DNA of 64,000 nucleotides from assembly GCF_009914755.1 (NCBI RefSeq), contig NC_060929.1, one strand, 5' to 3'. Below, in pieces: positions 1-14,286 of this stretch. The stretch comes from the human T2T-CHM13v2.0 reference genome, Homo sapiens. The notes beneath the pieces were generated by a model. That model was not told the origin of the DNA and searched no databases. It was given only the letters and a program-made list of their open reading frames with translations. Positions within the stretch are counted from its first letter, which is position 1; each line of letters begins with the position of its first letter. The translations under genes were made by a program, and so were the position numbers.

Positions 1-428
1 GAATTCATTATCATATCAAATACTGCAGGTTTCATTACAAGAGGGCAAGCAGTTACAAAGGAGATGGTTTCCTTTTTCTTTCTCTGTCTGATGTTCTTGT
101 CTGTCTTCCAAGATGTCAGATGAACAGTCTGCTTTATTTATAAACGCGACTGAGGCTGAGAACAAAAGGATGTGATTATAAAAAGAAAGGAAAAGCCTCA
201 GAAGGATGAGGTAGGAGGTGAACTTAAGGTCTGTTAACTAGATGGATAAATCAACACCCTGAGTCACTAAGACAATAAACAAAATAAAATTCATGTTCAG
301 TGACTGATTGCATATTTGCCACAAAGAAGGAAACTAAAGTCCACACTGACAGCCATTTTCTCACGTTTCAATAAATTTAGAATGAATCCTGAAGTGGAGT
401 TTTAACACTACAGAAGGTTATTCTAGAG

Positions 429-750
429 CTACACTGTCCAAAGACACACATGGCTACTGAGCACGGGAAACATAGATAGTCCAAATTGAGATGTGCTGTA
501 AATGTAAAATACACACCCGATTTCAAAGACTTACTATAAGTAAAGAATGTAAAACATTTCATTAGTATTTTTTAATTGATTACATGCTGGAATAATAATA
601 CTTTGATTATACTGTATTACATAAAGTATATTATTAAAATAAATTTCACCAGTTTCTTTTCACTGTTTTCAATGTGGCTACTAGAACATTTTAAATTATC
701 TATGCAGCTCACATTTGTGGCTTCCATTAAATTTCCATTGGACAGTGTTT
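429..750 (-). mobile_element. MER33-like non-autonomous hAT-Charlie DNA transposon
   Basis: About 320 bp with terminal inverted repeats ACACTGTCCAA (431-441) and TTGGACAGTGT (738-748). Internal AATTGAGATGTGCTGTAAATGTAAAATACAC and AATGTGGCTACTAGAA match the recalled MER33 consensus. Confidence 0.85.
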
Positions 751-1289
751 GCTAACAATAAGAATGAAAGACATTTTAGGCAAGTGACAATACATAGCAA
801 TTACTTTCTTCAACTCAAACGTAAAGGGTTAAACTTCATTAAGAATTCCTTTTGCAAACTGTTTCTTGAGTCACAGATGTTCATGTGATATTAAACAGTA
901 GGTATTTAGTATGTTACAGTGCTACCTGAAATATTTTGGCCATTAAGTTTATAATCTACAGAGATAAGATTTAAATTAATTCTAAATATATATATTCTGA
1001 ATATAATTTCTAATATATAAGTATAAATTCTAAATATATACAATGACACTGATAAGGTGTCACCAGAATACCAGATTTCAACATATATGTATATAAAATT
1101 TTTGAGGTCAGAAAGTCAAAAGCAAAAACCCGAGAAACCTGAAATTTCTCATCCTCAAGTACTCTAACATCTTCCTTATTGTTGATTTCTTCATGAAGCT
1201 CTTCCCAGTGCCATCCATCCTCCATTGCTAAAGTTCTGTCATTGCAAGATAAATCTGACTTGACACTTGCCTCTTCAAACATCTCCAAC

Positions 1290-1742
1290 AACTCCTAACA
1301 TTTATAGCATAGAGTCTAAACTCAGAGTTAAAGCTTGACAACACCTTACTCCAAACCCCCTTTCCACTCTCATCTCAGGTAATTCTCCACCATACAGTCT
1401 AAATACTGAAGGCGAATACCATGCCCTTCCCAATCAGTCCAAGCTTGAGCAGTGCTCCTGCCCATTTCCCTCCAGGTCTGCTGGCGATCTCTCCTTGCCA
1501 TCAGTGCCAGCTCCAGGTGACTTGGGAGGACCTTGTCTATACTTTCCAGGTATCTGGTAGATGAATATCATCATATATTCCACCTGTCATATTATGTTAT
1601 ATAGGTCTATTGCACCCCAGGTTAGTTTGCGACAGAGTGAGTAGGATGAAAATAAGAATAATGATATTTTATCTTTGTGTCTGCAGTATCTAGCACAGGG
1701 ATAGGCATATACTAGGTCTTCGACAAATACCTGTTGACTGAG
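1290..1742 (+). mobile_element. Degenerate L2 3' fragments
   Basis: TCTAGCACAGGGATAGGCATATACTAGG...AAATACCTGTTGACTGA resembles the L2 3' terminus. Boundaries approximate. Confidence 0.5.
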
Positions 1743-1894
1743 AGCATTATGCCTTTTACCCTCCATATCTTAGGCACTAGCCATGCAAGACTCTTATGTT
1801 TCTGAAATATCTAAAATTGGACCTATATCACTGCCGTTCTACAAAGTGTGGGATGCTTTTTTGAAATTTACTTTTTTTTTTTTACTTTTGTCAG

Positions 1895-1896
<2 letters not shown>

Positions 1897-1927
<31 letters not shown>

Positions 1928-1941
1928 ACACACACACATAC
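1897..1941. repeat. (CA)n microsatellite; a second imperfect CA tract lies at about 2071-2114
   Basis: Directly visible. Confidence 0.95.
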
Positions 1942-2479
1942 AAATTTTTAAAGTCAAATACTACAACTAGCAGTCTCATGCTGTATGCCTCCACATTCCC
2001 AAAGCCCCACCACTTTCAACTCATTTAGCTGCTTCTTGCAATTCTTCCCTTCATTCTCATATTTCTAAATAACACATGCACACACACACACATACACACA
2101 CAAACACAGACACAACTCAGACCTTGCTTTCAAAGAGGATATAAGCAAAAGGAGGCAGGTCTATCTTTATCTTTATGCTCCTCCAAATATGGGACTTTAC
2201 ACATAATGAATACTCAATAAACACTTACTGGTTGATTGAATGAATGGATAAGTGAATACACATGTTCTTTGGTGCTTAAGTGTGATCTATTCAACAGTCT
2301 GAAGTGGAGATGCATTCATATACCACATTCAAGGCAAAGAAACAAATGGACACACCAATTAAGAACAAGTAGAAAGGCGATAATGAAAGGCAAGAAAGAC
2401 AAGGTGGGTAGAAACTAGGAAATCCTCCTGAACCAAAAAGTCAGGATATCCTGGGAATAGAGGTTATGTGAATGAGTTT

Positions 2480-2605
2480 TACTTCTAGATGTATAATCTT
2501 GGGCAATTTGCTTAACTTCCCTGGATTCCTGTTTTCTTATCTGTAAAATGGGATAATGCCTCCTCCCTTCTAGATTTGCTGTGTCTAGTAAGCTGTATAA
2601 ATGAA
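2480..2605 (+). mobile_element. MIR fragment
   Basis: MIR core CTTGGGCAATTTGCTTAACTTCCCTGGATTCCTGTTTTCTTATCTGTAAAATGGGATAAT. Confidence 0.75.
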
Positions 2606-3892
2606 AGCTGTATTGTTTTTATTGTTGTTTGTATGCATATGTGAATAATAATATCAATAACAACATCACCCTGGCAACCCTGAAGATGAGCTGACTTCCG
2701 GTCTAACCAGAAGCTTCTTATACGCATACTGCTAAGGCTTCACCAGGCCAAGGTGAAAATAGAAAGATGTGGGTACACTTGGCAATGAAAAGTATGCAGG
2801 GAGAAGATGAAGACAGGTTCCTTGCAGCAGTACTATAAAAAACTGAATTCTATTTAGAGCTGCATGTTAATCACCTTTTCTGTTTGTTCGTTACAGACTC
2901 TACCAAGGAAAATCCAGTCTGTTCTTTAGATGGCACACACAGAAGCAATAACAATATTTTACAAATGACAATAGATATCTGATGACTGCAAAAATTTAAT
3001 ACATATACTTGATGGAAAAATAAATTTCATAACATCCTATACTAATGTAATCCATACACTGAATAAAAACTCTATCTTCAACTTTCTATTAAGATAGATA
3101 TGCCAGAATCTCAAGACAATAAAATCTCACTAGAGAGTATCATATACCAGAACCTCAAACTGCTTTCAGCATCTCCACAATGTTCAGTGCATTAATGTTA
3201 AATGATTGGTTAAAAGCATTTAAATCAACCTTCCGTTCTTGAAATTTTCCATGAATGAAAACAACATCCATTTAAAAAGATCTTGCAAAAATGATTTTGT
3301 TGAAAAGAAAAAGAGGAACATAGCACAATAAATTATTTTAATGCATTTGGCTAGTGAAGTAGAATACAGCAGAAGCCCTTGAATCCTAAGTGCTCATAGA
3401 TGATAAACATTTAAACACACCTGTGCTCCCTTTAATTTCAATGTACACAGGAAATTATAAAATAGCTGTGCACTTATTAAAATGATCTGCAAATATAAAA
3501 CTGTAAAGCAACTAATAATACTAAAATGTTGACCTCAAAGCCCTAAATAACCTAAAGGTAAAAAGAAGAAAAATTATCTTCACATGTGGTAGTACACGTT
3601 GCTAGCCGTGTAATTTATATATATACATACATATACATATATATGTAAAACACCTTCAACTACTCAATAGTTTTGATCCAATTTAGGGAAAGGAAAACCC
3701 CAAACAGAGAAATAAGAATGACATGTGTGAATGTTTTTATGTTTTTAGTGAAAGCACAAGTCAAAACCATGTCTGCAAAATGGAATTAATCCCTAATTAA
3801 ATTGCTTCATCATTTAAAATGTCTGAAATTAATTATCACAATAATAAAGGTAGAATTTAAGTACTCTGTATTTAAATATTTGAGTAAATTAA

Positions 3893-4241
<349 letters not shown>

Positions 4242-4468
4242 GGAAAATTAGTTTCTTAAGGTTAGTTTCCGACATCTCAAAATTAAAAAAAAAAAATCCT
4301 GGGCTAATACTTTAAACATCCTATTGAAATTTTTCCTCTTGTGCTATTAAAGAATCTTGATGATTCTAATAACTAAAAATAAAAAAAGACATGCAAAAAT
4401 ATGATCATTACCTTGCAAGTGAGTATTTTCAAATGACATAAATTTCAAATTGCAAATTTCTCTTGTAG

Positions 4469-4766
<298 letters not shown>

Positions 4767-4949
4767 GTCTCTTATAGATTTAAAACAAACAAAAAAAACT
4801 CCTTCTCTTTCAAAAACTCTTGTGCTCCAGACTTGCCAAAATTTTTTCCCACTTCAACAGAGATAGAAATGCTGGATAAAATACAACAAGCATTCTTTAA
4901 AATACATAACCGACTTAGTAAGAAAGTAAGAAAAAACTTATGATGCTTC

Positions 4950-5520
4950 TCAGTAATACTTTTCCCAGGTATCTACCTAAGATAAATGAGAACACGTGTT
5001 CAAATGAAAGACCTGAATGAGAAAGGTCATAGCAGCATTATTTATAATAGTGAAAAAGTAGAAATAACCCAAATGTCCATCAACTGGTGAAAGCATAAAA
5101 AAAAGTGGTATAGCCATAAAATGGAATACTATTTAGCAATAAAAAGGATAAAATACTAATACATCCCACAACACTGACAAATCTCAAAATACTAATACAT
5201 GCCACAACATAGATGAATCTCAAGAAACTTACTAAGAGAAAGAAGGTATATGCAGAAGACCACATCTTGTTTGATTCCCTTTATACAAAATGTTCAGAAA
5301 AGATTAATCTATATAGACAGTGAATTATTAGTTGCCTGAAATTGAACAGGAACGGTGATTAACTGTAAACAGAGAAGAGGATCTTAATGGAGTGAAAGAA
5401 AGTTTTAAAACTGAATTGTGATGATTTCACAACTCTGCATATTTACTAAAATAATTGAAATGTACACTTAAAATGCATGAATTTTATAATGTATAAAGCT
5501 GTTTAAACAAATGAAGTAAA
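4950..5520 (+). mobile_element. Old L1M (L1ME/MB-type) 3' end
   Basis: CATAGCAGCATTATTTATAATAG...CCCAAATGTCCATCAACTGGTGAA...TGTACACTTAAAATGCATGAATTTTAT match the L1M 3' region. Confidence 0.8.
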
Positions 5521-6672
5521 TGTAAAAAGTTAAGGACCCAAAAATTAAGTATGAATGCCACAGCTACCTTGAGGAAGCTTGCTAATATTTGTGGCCTTTT
5601 GAATTTAATGGCCATGTGTGATAAGGGGAAAAAATATCTCCTCTGAGAATCAAAGTCACAGGCCAATCACATGAATATGGAGTGTGAGTTACCCTTTTTT
5701 CTGCTCTTAGAAACCCCTGCCCAAGAACTGAAACTGAAAGTAGTCCAAACTGCCCAAGAAACTGAAAGTAGTCCAAACTGGTAGTGTACCAGAGTTCCTG
5801 GTGGAGCAAACACAGATCTTTGAAAGCACATCCGTTAACACAGGTCACAGTGGGTTCCCATAGATAAAGATCAAGCAGAAGTTCACAATTAAAAACAAAA
5901 CAAAACAAAAAACCCAATTCACTATGAATGAGAGCCAGAAAAAAGAAGAAAGAAAAGAATAAAACCCTAAAGGACTTCAGATTTTAGATTATCAGACATA
6001 AATGTAGTAAAAGTATATCCAAACTGTGAAATAGAAAGAGAACTGAAAACATGAGCAAGTAACATGTTACTATAAAAAAGACAAAGCAGATTTATGAAAA
6101 AGAATCATAATTTCCAGAAAGTACAAAGATGATCACTGAAATTAAAAATCCAACAGATAGCTTACAGAGAAAATTGGACAGGGCTGATGGAAAAATCAGC
6201 AAATCGTAAGCAGATGTGAAAATAACATACATTATAGCATAGGGATGGATAAAATAAAAGAGAGATTAATAGATTAAAAATATAGCATGAGAAGGTCTAA
6301 TATATATGGCTAAATGTCCAGAATAGAGATAATGGGAAAAAGGCAATGTTTGAGAAAATAAGGTTTGAAACTTTCCCCAAACTAATTAAAGAACTGAGTC
6401 CTTGGGTTGAGGAAGATCTATAAATTCTGAACGTGATAAATAAAAAGAAACACATAGGAAGAGATATAACAGAAAAGCTGCGCAACATTAAAAGTAAAAA
6501 GAAGATATTGCAAGCAAAGAAAAAAGACAATTACTAACAAAGGAATAATGATTGGCAGCTCTTTCAACATAATGCAAGCCAGAAGACAGTGGGATAATAT
6601 CTTCAAAATACACACAAAAAATTTAATTCCTAAATTGTATACCCAATTAAATATTATTCAAGAACCTGGGTA
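5520..6672 (+). mobile_element. Ancient L1M/HAL1-type 5'/ORF1 remnant (its 5' piece is probably at about 4810-4945)
   Basis: A-rich, degenerate ORF1-like sequence such as GAAACTTTCCCCAAACTAATTAAAGAA and GCAAGCCAGAAGACAGTGGGATAATATCTTCAAA. No intact frame. Confidence 0.7.
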
Positions 6673-8739
6673 AACTTATGTTTTGATATTTTAACAGACA
6701 TTTGTGTGTGAAAGCCTCATACATTTCAGTTAACGAACACTATTTTCCCCATTTTTTAATAAAAAGTAATAATGTAATCCTACTTATTCTAAATAAGTAG
6801 GTAAGAAATTGTATCTTATTTGAAAAAGCTTATGCAAGAAATTAATAAAAATATTTCTAAAATCATTACATGATAGAAATAAAATAATATTCCACTATCA
6901 TATAACATGATTTAATTGGAAAATACTCATATTTTCTACCCCCTTTGCAATACTACTGAGTAAAGGTATGTCTGGTTGTCTCACAGAAAAGTTCCTGGGC
7001 AAAGAGGAGGAAAAAGTGCCATAGTTAAGCAATGGGAGGGAAAGTACTCCAGCCTGGGATCGAGGACAGCTTAGTTCTGGTTCTAGAGCTGGGAAAAACC
7101 AGGCCTCAGTTTTCTTCTGAATGAAAATGGAGGCTTCAGAGGAATCAGCATTTTCTCACAGCTCCTATAGCTCTGAAGCTTGAAAAATTTTTAGCCAAAT
7201 TCTATAGGATGCCACTGAAACTTCTTCATAATCTCGGAACCAATAATCAAACTAGTGGGAAATACTTCTAGACAGAATTCGTAGCGTATTATATAATACA
7301 TTCTTGCAATATTTTCCCACAAAAATTCATATTAGCTAGGAAGCTTCCATTCTGATTCCTCATTTCCCCAACCCTAAGAAATTAGATAATAGAAATACTT
7401 GTTTTAAAAGATGTTTGCAAAACTGACAAATTTTTGCCAAGAACACTCTACGCTGGTTAGGGGATACTGGGTGCCTGTCTCCCAGTGTTCCCAATAGTAG
7501 CAAAGCAAATTGCTAGAGTGTCAAATTTTCAATGACTTTTTTTTTTTTTTTCTGTTTTGCTCTGTCATTTGGAGACCAGACTGAATAGGCACAAGCAAGA
7601 TTCTGGGTGATTTTGCTGCCTCGTATTAGCTAGGTTTTTCTCCCTCATGCAAAAATAAAATAGGAATCTAATGGTACTTATTCCTGTGGCTATGTCTGGA
7701 CGATACGTAAAGTATCAGAGTCCCAGGTGAGGCCAGGACTGGCTGGTCCAGAGGCTGGAGGGGAGGATTTCAGAAACAGCACTGTCATCCTTTCATATGC
7801 CCTACCTCCTCTGTCTCAATTTTAGGAGTATAATAAATGTTCTCTTAAAAAGCATGCTGGGCAGAGGAAATAAAAAATGTGGTATGGATGGTGGTTAAAT
7901 ATCTGCCCTCTAATACATATAGAATCGTTTTTACATTTAAAGTCAAATCTGAAGCTGATTTAAAAATTCCTACAGTGGGTAAGAGCTAAGAAACCTTTCC
8001 CATGAAAATCTGACCTTTGGTTAACTTCCCAGATCTGTTCTCTGGCAATTCTAAAATGGTATTTTAACCATGTTATTATAAGCAACTATTATTGCTTATT
8101 GTAACAATGATCCCTGATTGATAAATAGCATCTGTCTGGTTTGAGAGAACTATAAATACCTGATAGGGACACCATTGCTTTCGATTACCTGAATGCAATC
8201 ATTGATATAACTGGACTTATAACGTGTGGCAATTCTAGAAGCTATGCCTGTTGACTGTTCCAAGACATATTAGGTGGTGGGGGCTTGAAGCTTCTAAGCC
8301 AGGGTAATGCCTGTATCTATGTTATGTGGATCTTACCTCCTTATACTTGAGCCTTCATCTGGTGGGTGAAAGAAGAGCCTCCTGACTGCTGGGTGAACCG
8401 TGACGTGGGACTACCACAAGGTCTCCTACAGAAGCTGACCGCCTGACACTGCCCTCTGGCAAGCTAAGGCTCTTGTCTTGCTGAGCACACTGTGCCAAGG
8501 GTGGCCTATGGTGGCTAAATGTCTAAATATTTATTTGAATCTAAACTAAATGGGAGGCGAGGCACCGGAATGTTTAAATTTTAATGTTTCTTTTGGTTTT
8601 AGGTCTATATGTAACCCAGGATAAACACCATATTGCTAAAGTCATAAAAAAATTAATTTAAATAACATTTTAATTCATTCAAAAAATTGTAGAATGTTCA
8701 TTGAAGCCACTCTGTGATAAATAGATTATAAGATAGGAA

Positions 8740-8945
8740 GAAGACAAATAGCGGATACAGTTAAGTGGTTACCACAGTTATCAGTGGATTTGGCTCTACT
8801 TAAATATATTTTGAGGATAGAGTTGACCGGGCTTGCAAATGGATGTGATGAAAGGTAGAAAGAAAGTGAAGCATCAGGGAGATCAAAGTTTTGGCCAAGT
8901 AAAAAGGTGAATAGTGATGCCATTTACACAGGGAAGAACAGTAGT
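8740..8945 (-). mobile_element. L2 fragment
   Basis: ATATATTTTGAGGATAGAGTTGACCGGGCTTGCAAATGGATGTGATG is the typical L2 antisense pattern. Confidence 0.65.
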
Positions 8946-11675
8946 GGTTATGACGAAGTGATAGAAATGATTGTGAGAATAAACAGCCTTCTATTCTGCA
9001 TTTAGATTAACCTACTGAAAAGGAAGTACTTACATTAGCCAGTGCAGGGATATGATGCTTTGAAAACAGTGATAATGTGGATCCAGTTTTATAATCAGTA
9101 TTACATACTTAGCTCTTTTTATGGGAAGCAGGTATGAATAAAGAAGAAAAAGTAGGAAAGTCAAAACGCAGCTTTAAGTGTGCAGCAGCACATCATGTGT
9201 TAAATTGAAACAACCCCAAAGTTCAACTTTCTTCACTGTTCAAGGAGAAAATCCTTTACTATGTACTTCAGGATAAAGGATTTGCAACTATATGGTGGTT
9301 GAGAAATATGCTATTGCTGTAATTTAACTCACTGTATGTGGGCTTCAAGATGCACAGTGGCATTCCAAACCAACTTTTAAAGAAAATTGCATGGAATTTT
9401 GAAGACATCAGGAGCGTTCTTAAAAGTTATGCAGAGAAAACGGATTTTTGATAGTTATGAATTATATTTAGTGCTGCCAGATTGCAGGGAACGCTCTTTT
9501 TGCCTCAGTATGGTTAAAATTACTGTTGACAAAGTTTTAATTTAAAATTTTAAGGTTTTAAATGGAAGAATATAGGTCACTGAATTTTCATTCACTGTTT
9601 AAGTATGACTACTGGCAGAAAGCAAGCTTTGTTAGTGAGGGTCCAATTTAGGCCCTGGAGTCCATCTTTTCTGTAGTAGTTGGGAATTGAGTATGTGTTA
9701 GTGAGAATAACTTGGCTCTCAGTCAGTCAATCAGTGGACTGAACACGCACAGTTAGAAACCTGCCTGGCACACAACAGAAGCTCAGTTCAGAAAATACTA
9801 AACGCATTTGTGAGACAGACTAGAGTCCACACAAATCATATATTACAATCACAAGCTGGAAGGGATCCGATCTTTCCTAGCAGGTTGTAGATTTAGATAG
9901 ATATGTAATAGTCCAAAAATACACTACACAGCTTCAAAGTCTAATTCTACAATTTTCAACCAGTTTCTTAAAGGTGAAAAAAAAAAGTAAATATTTGTAG
10001 AGCCCACTGCACGTAAAAAATGTCTTAAAGGACCTTCCCATTACCAGAAAAACTTGGGAAATTATAGTAGGTTTCTAAGTTAAATGCCGAGTATACGGTA
10101 TGTAGGCTACTAAATATCAAGACCACACTTATGAACAATATTTAAAAAGTATATTTTTTCATAAATCTGAGAGCGTAGATTTCAAATGAAGTCTAGGAAC
10201 GAAGATGAAGCATGAACTTCATGCAAAAGACAGCATAACGATAGAAAGGCTGTACCTTTCCACATAATGTAGAGTATGTGAGAGCGTCATCAGGTTTGTG
10301 CTGTTTGGTGTCCTATTTGTCCTCAAGGACCTCCTCCAGCTCTAGAATCAGCATGTTCCTCCACCGAATGATGAATGTGATGGATAATGTTTACATGTGC
10401 GGCACATATTCATGCGCATTCCCTGAATTTTCTGTAGCCCCAAAATATTGTGGAAATAAAAGAACGTGACAGAAATGTGGGGGGAATATGCATTAGGGGA
10501 ATAAGGGACTAGACTTTATAACAATAATACACTTCACAGGAATGTAAATAACTAATAAATCGTACACTGGTAAGTACAAGCATCAAAAGCTGTGACAACA
10601 AAGAAACCAGAAATCATGTGCAAATATCAACATGCTTGATACCCTCATCCCTGTTTCTAGCGCTCAAAATTTTGTCAGGGTCCAAGAGAGTGAAAAGAAG
10701 ATATCACTTAATCTGTTCCAATTTATAATTTTTTTGAAAGTTAATCATTTGCAAACCTTGAATGCAAGGTGTGTTATAATGGCAAAGTTGAAAACGAATG
10801 CTTTAGAGGATTTCAACCAATTTCTTATGTAAACCAGAGCAGAAGGGATGATTCTCAGAAAAAAGCTGAAGTACATTTGCCTCAACATAAAATAGGACTG
10901 ATTAAATTTCAAACTCTTCATTTATTTTGTAGGGCAGAAATTTTAAGTTCCTTATTGCTGTTCAACATTGGCAGCTTAAATCTTATTTATTATTGATGCA
11001 CATATATAGGTATGCTACTATAATATAAATGTGTGTAATAATATGTATTATTCATTAAAAGTTAATTGGTTACTATAAGATAGAAATAATTTAAAGTTTC
11101 AAATATACCATCTTCTAGCATATTCAGAAAATATCATTCTGGATGCGCGCAGCTTGGTTGTGAGTTGTTCCCTATACAAGTGCCTGCTCCTCAGAACACC
11201 AGAGACACATCTCTGGACTTCAAACCTCCAAATCTGACTTCATAAGGCTGACTTCGGAGAGATTTCCAAACATACAAAGGGCAAGGAAGGGATTGGATCC
11301 TATTAGGATTTTATTGTGATTTTATTTCTAATAGTAGAACAGAAGAATCCTTTATGAGCGGAAATAAAATATCTTCAAAGCAAACTGCTTTCTTGGAGAG
11401 GCTCCTAGAGCCATATGTGAGGAAAGAGATAGTAAGTAGGAAGAAAAAAAAGGGAAATTTAACCTAAGAAAGAAATAGAGATGATTAAAAATACACAAGT
11501 ATCAATCATCAAACAGTACATAGCTAGTTTTCCACACAATTTTTTTTCTCTGCTTCTAAGAATTATTTGCCATATGAAAGCATTTTGGCAGGCAAAATGT
11601 ATATTATATCAGTATGAACATAGTTCATTTGAAAAGCATATATATATACGCAGCTTGGTCGTGAGTTGTTCCCTG

Positions 11676-11677
<2 letters not shown>

Positions 11678-11746
<69 letters not shown>

Positions 11747-11766
11747 TATACACACACATACACATA
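11678..11766. repeat. Compound microsatellite (TA)n(GATA)n(CA)n
   Basis: Directly visible. Confidence 0.95.
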
Positions 11767-13968
11767 TAGTTTTGCTTTTGTTTTTCATATATATATATGG
11801 TGAATAGAAAAGTACCATAACTTCCTGAAGATGAACTGAATTTTCTTTGTTTATTCCTAATTTTTAGTTTTTTAAAATCTTTTCTCTGCCCTCACTCAGT
11901 CATTTTCAATGAAAGCCAAGTCACTTTCAGTCACTTGGCATACACAGAGCACAGAGGCACGGAGGCTGGATCAGCCATGTCGACTCAACACAATTGTTTG
12001 AAAAGTTGAAAAGTTCAAAGTATTTATTTAATGTCATGCAGATAAACCCAAGGAAAGAAACACATTTGACAGATAAATTCTAGGTGACTGAGTCTTTACA
12101 AGCCCAAGGGAATGTTTTAGGATAAGGGTGAAAATTAACAGCTTAATATTTAAGTTAAAAGTAAGTTTGATTTACTTAATTAGGAAATTAGATGAACAAA
12201 ACGGTCTTTTTGCCTAAGGAGAAAGTTCCATTTAATATCTATCCTACAGTGAAATCATCAATCTGTCTGGTTCTTTGCCTCCAAAAAATATGAGATGGAA
12301 AGAATATTAACCCCTGATTTTATAGCTAATAAGATCAACGTGTGGGATCTGATGAGCTTGGGAAGGCTGGCACCTTCTACCTCGAGAATAGTGTCCATTT
12401 TGTACCGAGGAAATCTACCGGTTTTCTACCCTCTAGCAGGTCATTCACTGACAGATCCAGTTCTTACTTATATATTGAGAGAGAAGTTGAACTAGACCAG
12501 TATTTTTCAAACTTCTGGTCATTGTGTTAAGTGACAAAATTAATCTACTGAGAGTCCAACAAGCACTTCAAATGCAAAATGGATTTCTCACTGCAGGACA
12601 AAGAAGTTTGAAAGCCCATGAATGTAATACCATACAGTTTTGAACACTTTTCTATTTATTTCCAAATGGCTGGGTCCAAGAGGTCCATTTTCAATACTTA
12701 AAACAAATGCAGAATATTTGAGACAAACAAAATCAGAAGGTAATACCCAGCAAGTTGATGGACTAGCTAAAATGTAAAATTACTTCTTCCCAAGTCCCAC
12801 CTCTAACTTCTCCAAAAGTAGAAAATGTGTCTGGGGATTAAGTGAGTATTGGGTACAAGAAACTACAAGCTTTTAGTCCTTGAATGAGGATGCTTTAAAA
12901 CCTGTGTGGAGGGGCTGACTTTGCTGAGTTGTAATGAGAAGGCTGGACCTGTGATGACGAATATAATAGGTTTTAAGCTGGAGGAATAAAAGACAGAAAA
13001 ACACAGTGATGTAAGATTCGGGATGTAGCACAGACTTAGAAAAATTCAATCAAAGGAAGCACGGTTCTTTAGAAAAATGGATTATCCCATGTCTCTACCA
13101 TAACGTGCATAAGAAGAGCCTGGTGTATCTTGACATAATGAGTCCATGTCAAAAGAAAACAGGAATCAAATGAAGAAGCTTCCACTATCAAAAATAGGGC
13201 AATTTGAGCATCAATAAAAAAAAATTGCAATGGATCACTGAGTTTAAAATGATAATTAAACAATAGTTCTTCACTGATCACCTTTATGGGATGATGCAAA
13301 ACCACTGCATATTTTAAAAACTGGAAAATAAAGGAAAACAATTACATACCATTCCTGCCTTTCCTAAATAAATTGAACTCAGGTAAACTGGAAAGCTGAT
13401 ATTTATCTAAAGTCCAGCTAGGAGATGAAAAGGGAAAGACCTTCTGGAGAGGCTTAACTATGCCTATGTTAGTGGATACAAGAATGTGACTCTAATCTGT
13501 GATAAACATACAATATAATGAATTATTTTAAGGTTAAATTTATATTGTGTTTTGAGTGTTACTCTCACTTTCTAAATAGGAAAGTTGGGACATGTTTGTT
13601 TTGTTTTTCTTCAAAATAAATCATGTGTTATGTGTCTAACATTAGTAGGCTAATTAGTAAGTAGCGAAGTAGATCTAGTCCAACATCAGCTGGTGAGGAC
13701 AAAATTATCTTGAAGAGCAGGTAAAACCATAAGACAGCACTTGGGAATAGAAGACATATGGTTTGATACTTTAGAAGAAAGGGATGCAGCTCTTGGGCTT
13801 TTTCTCCCTTTTTGCTCCTACTTTTCATTGTATCTCGGAAAATAAGGAACACTAAAGCTAAAGAGAACAAAGTAGGTAGAACACAAAGCCACACTGAAGA
13901 GGGATTTGATTTTTTACTTCTCAGAGAACATTCTTGGAGAGGCTCTCTCAGGAGAAGAAAGTTAATGG

Positions 13969-14286
<318 letters not shown>

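Noticed and set aside
1-6. Window begins exactly with GAATTC
   Set aside because: An EcoRI site at position 1 most likely marks a clone end, which is technical and not biological.
11563-11818. ORFs with IYLS/YI repeats
   Set aside because: They are translations of the TA/GATA microsatellite.
12490-12625. Possible small hAT-type element (CAGTATTTTTCAAAC...GTTTGAAAGCCC)
   Set aside because: The ends are suggestive but too degenerate to call without a profile search.
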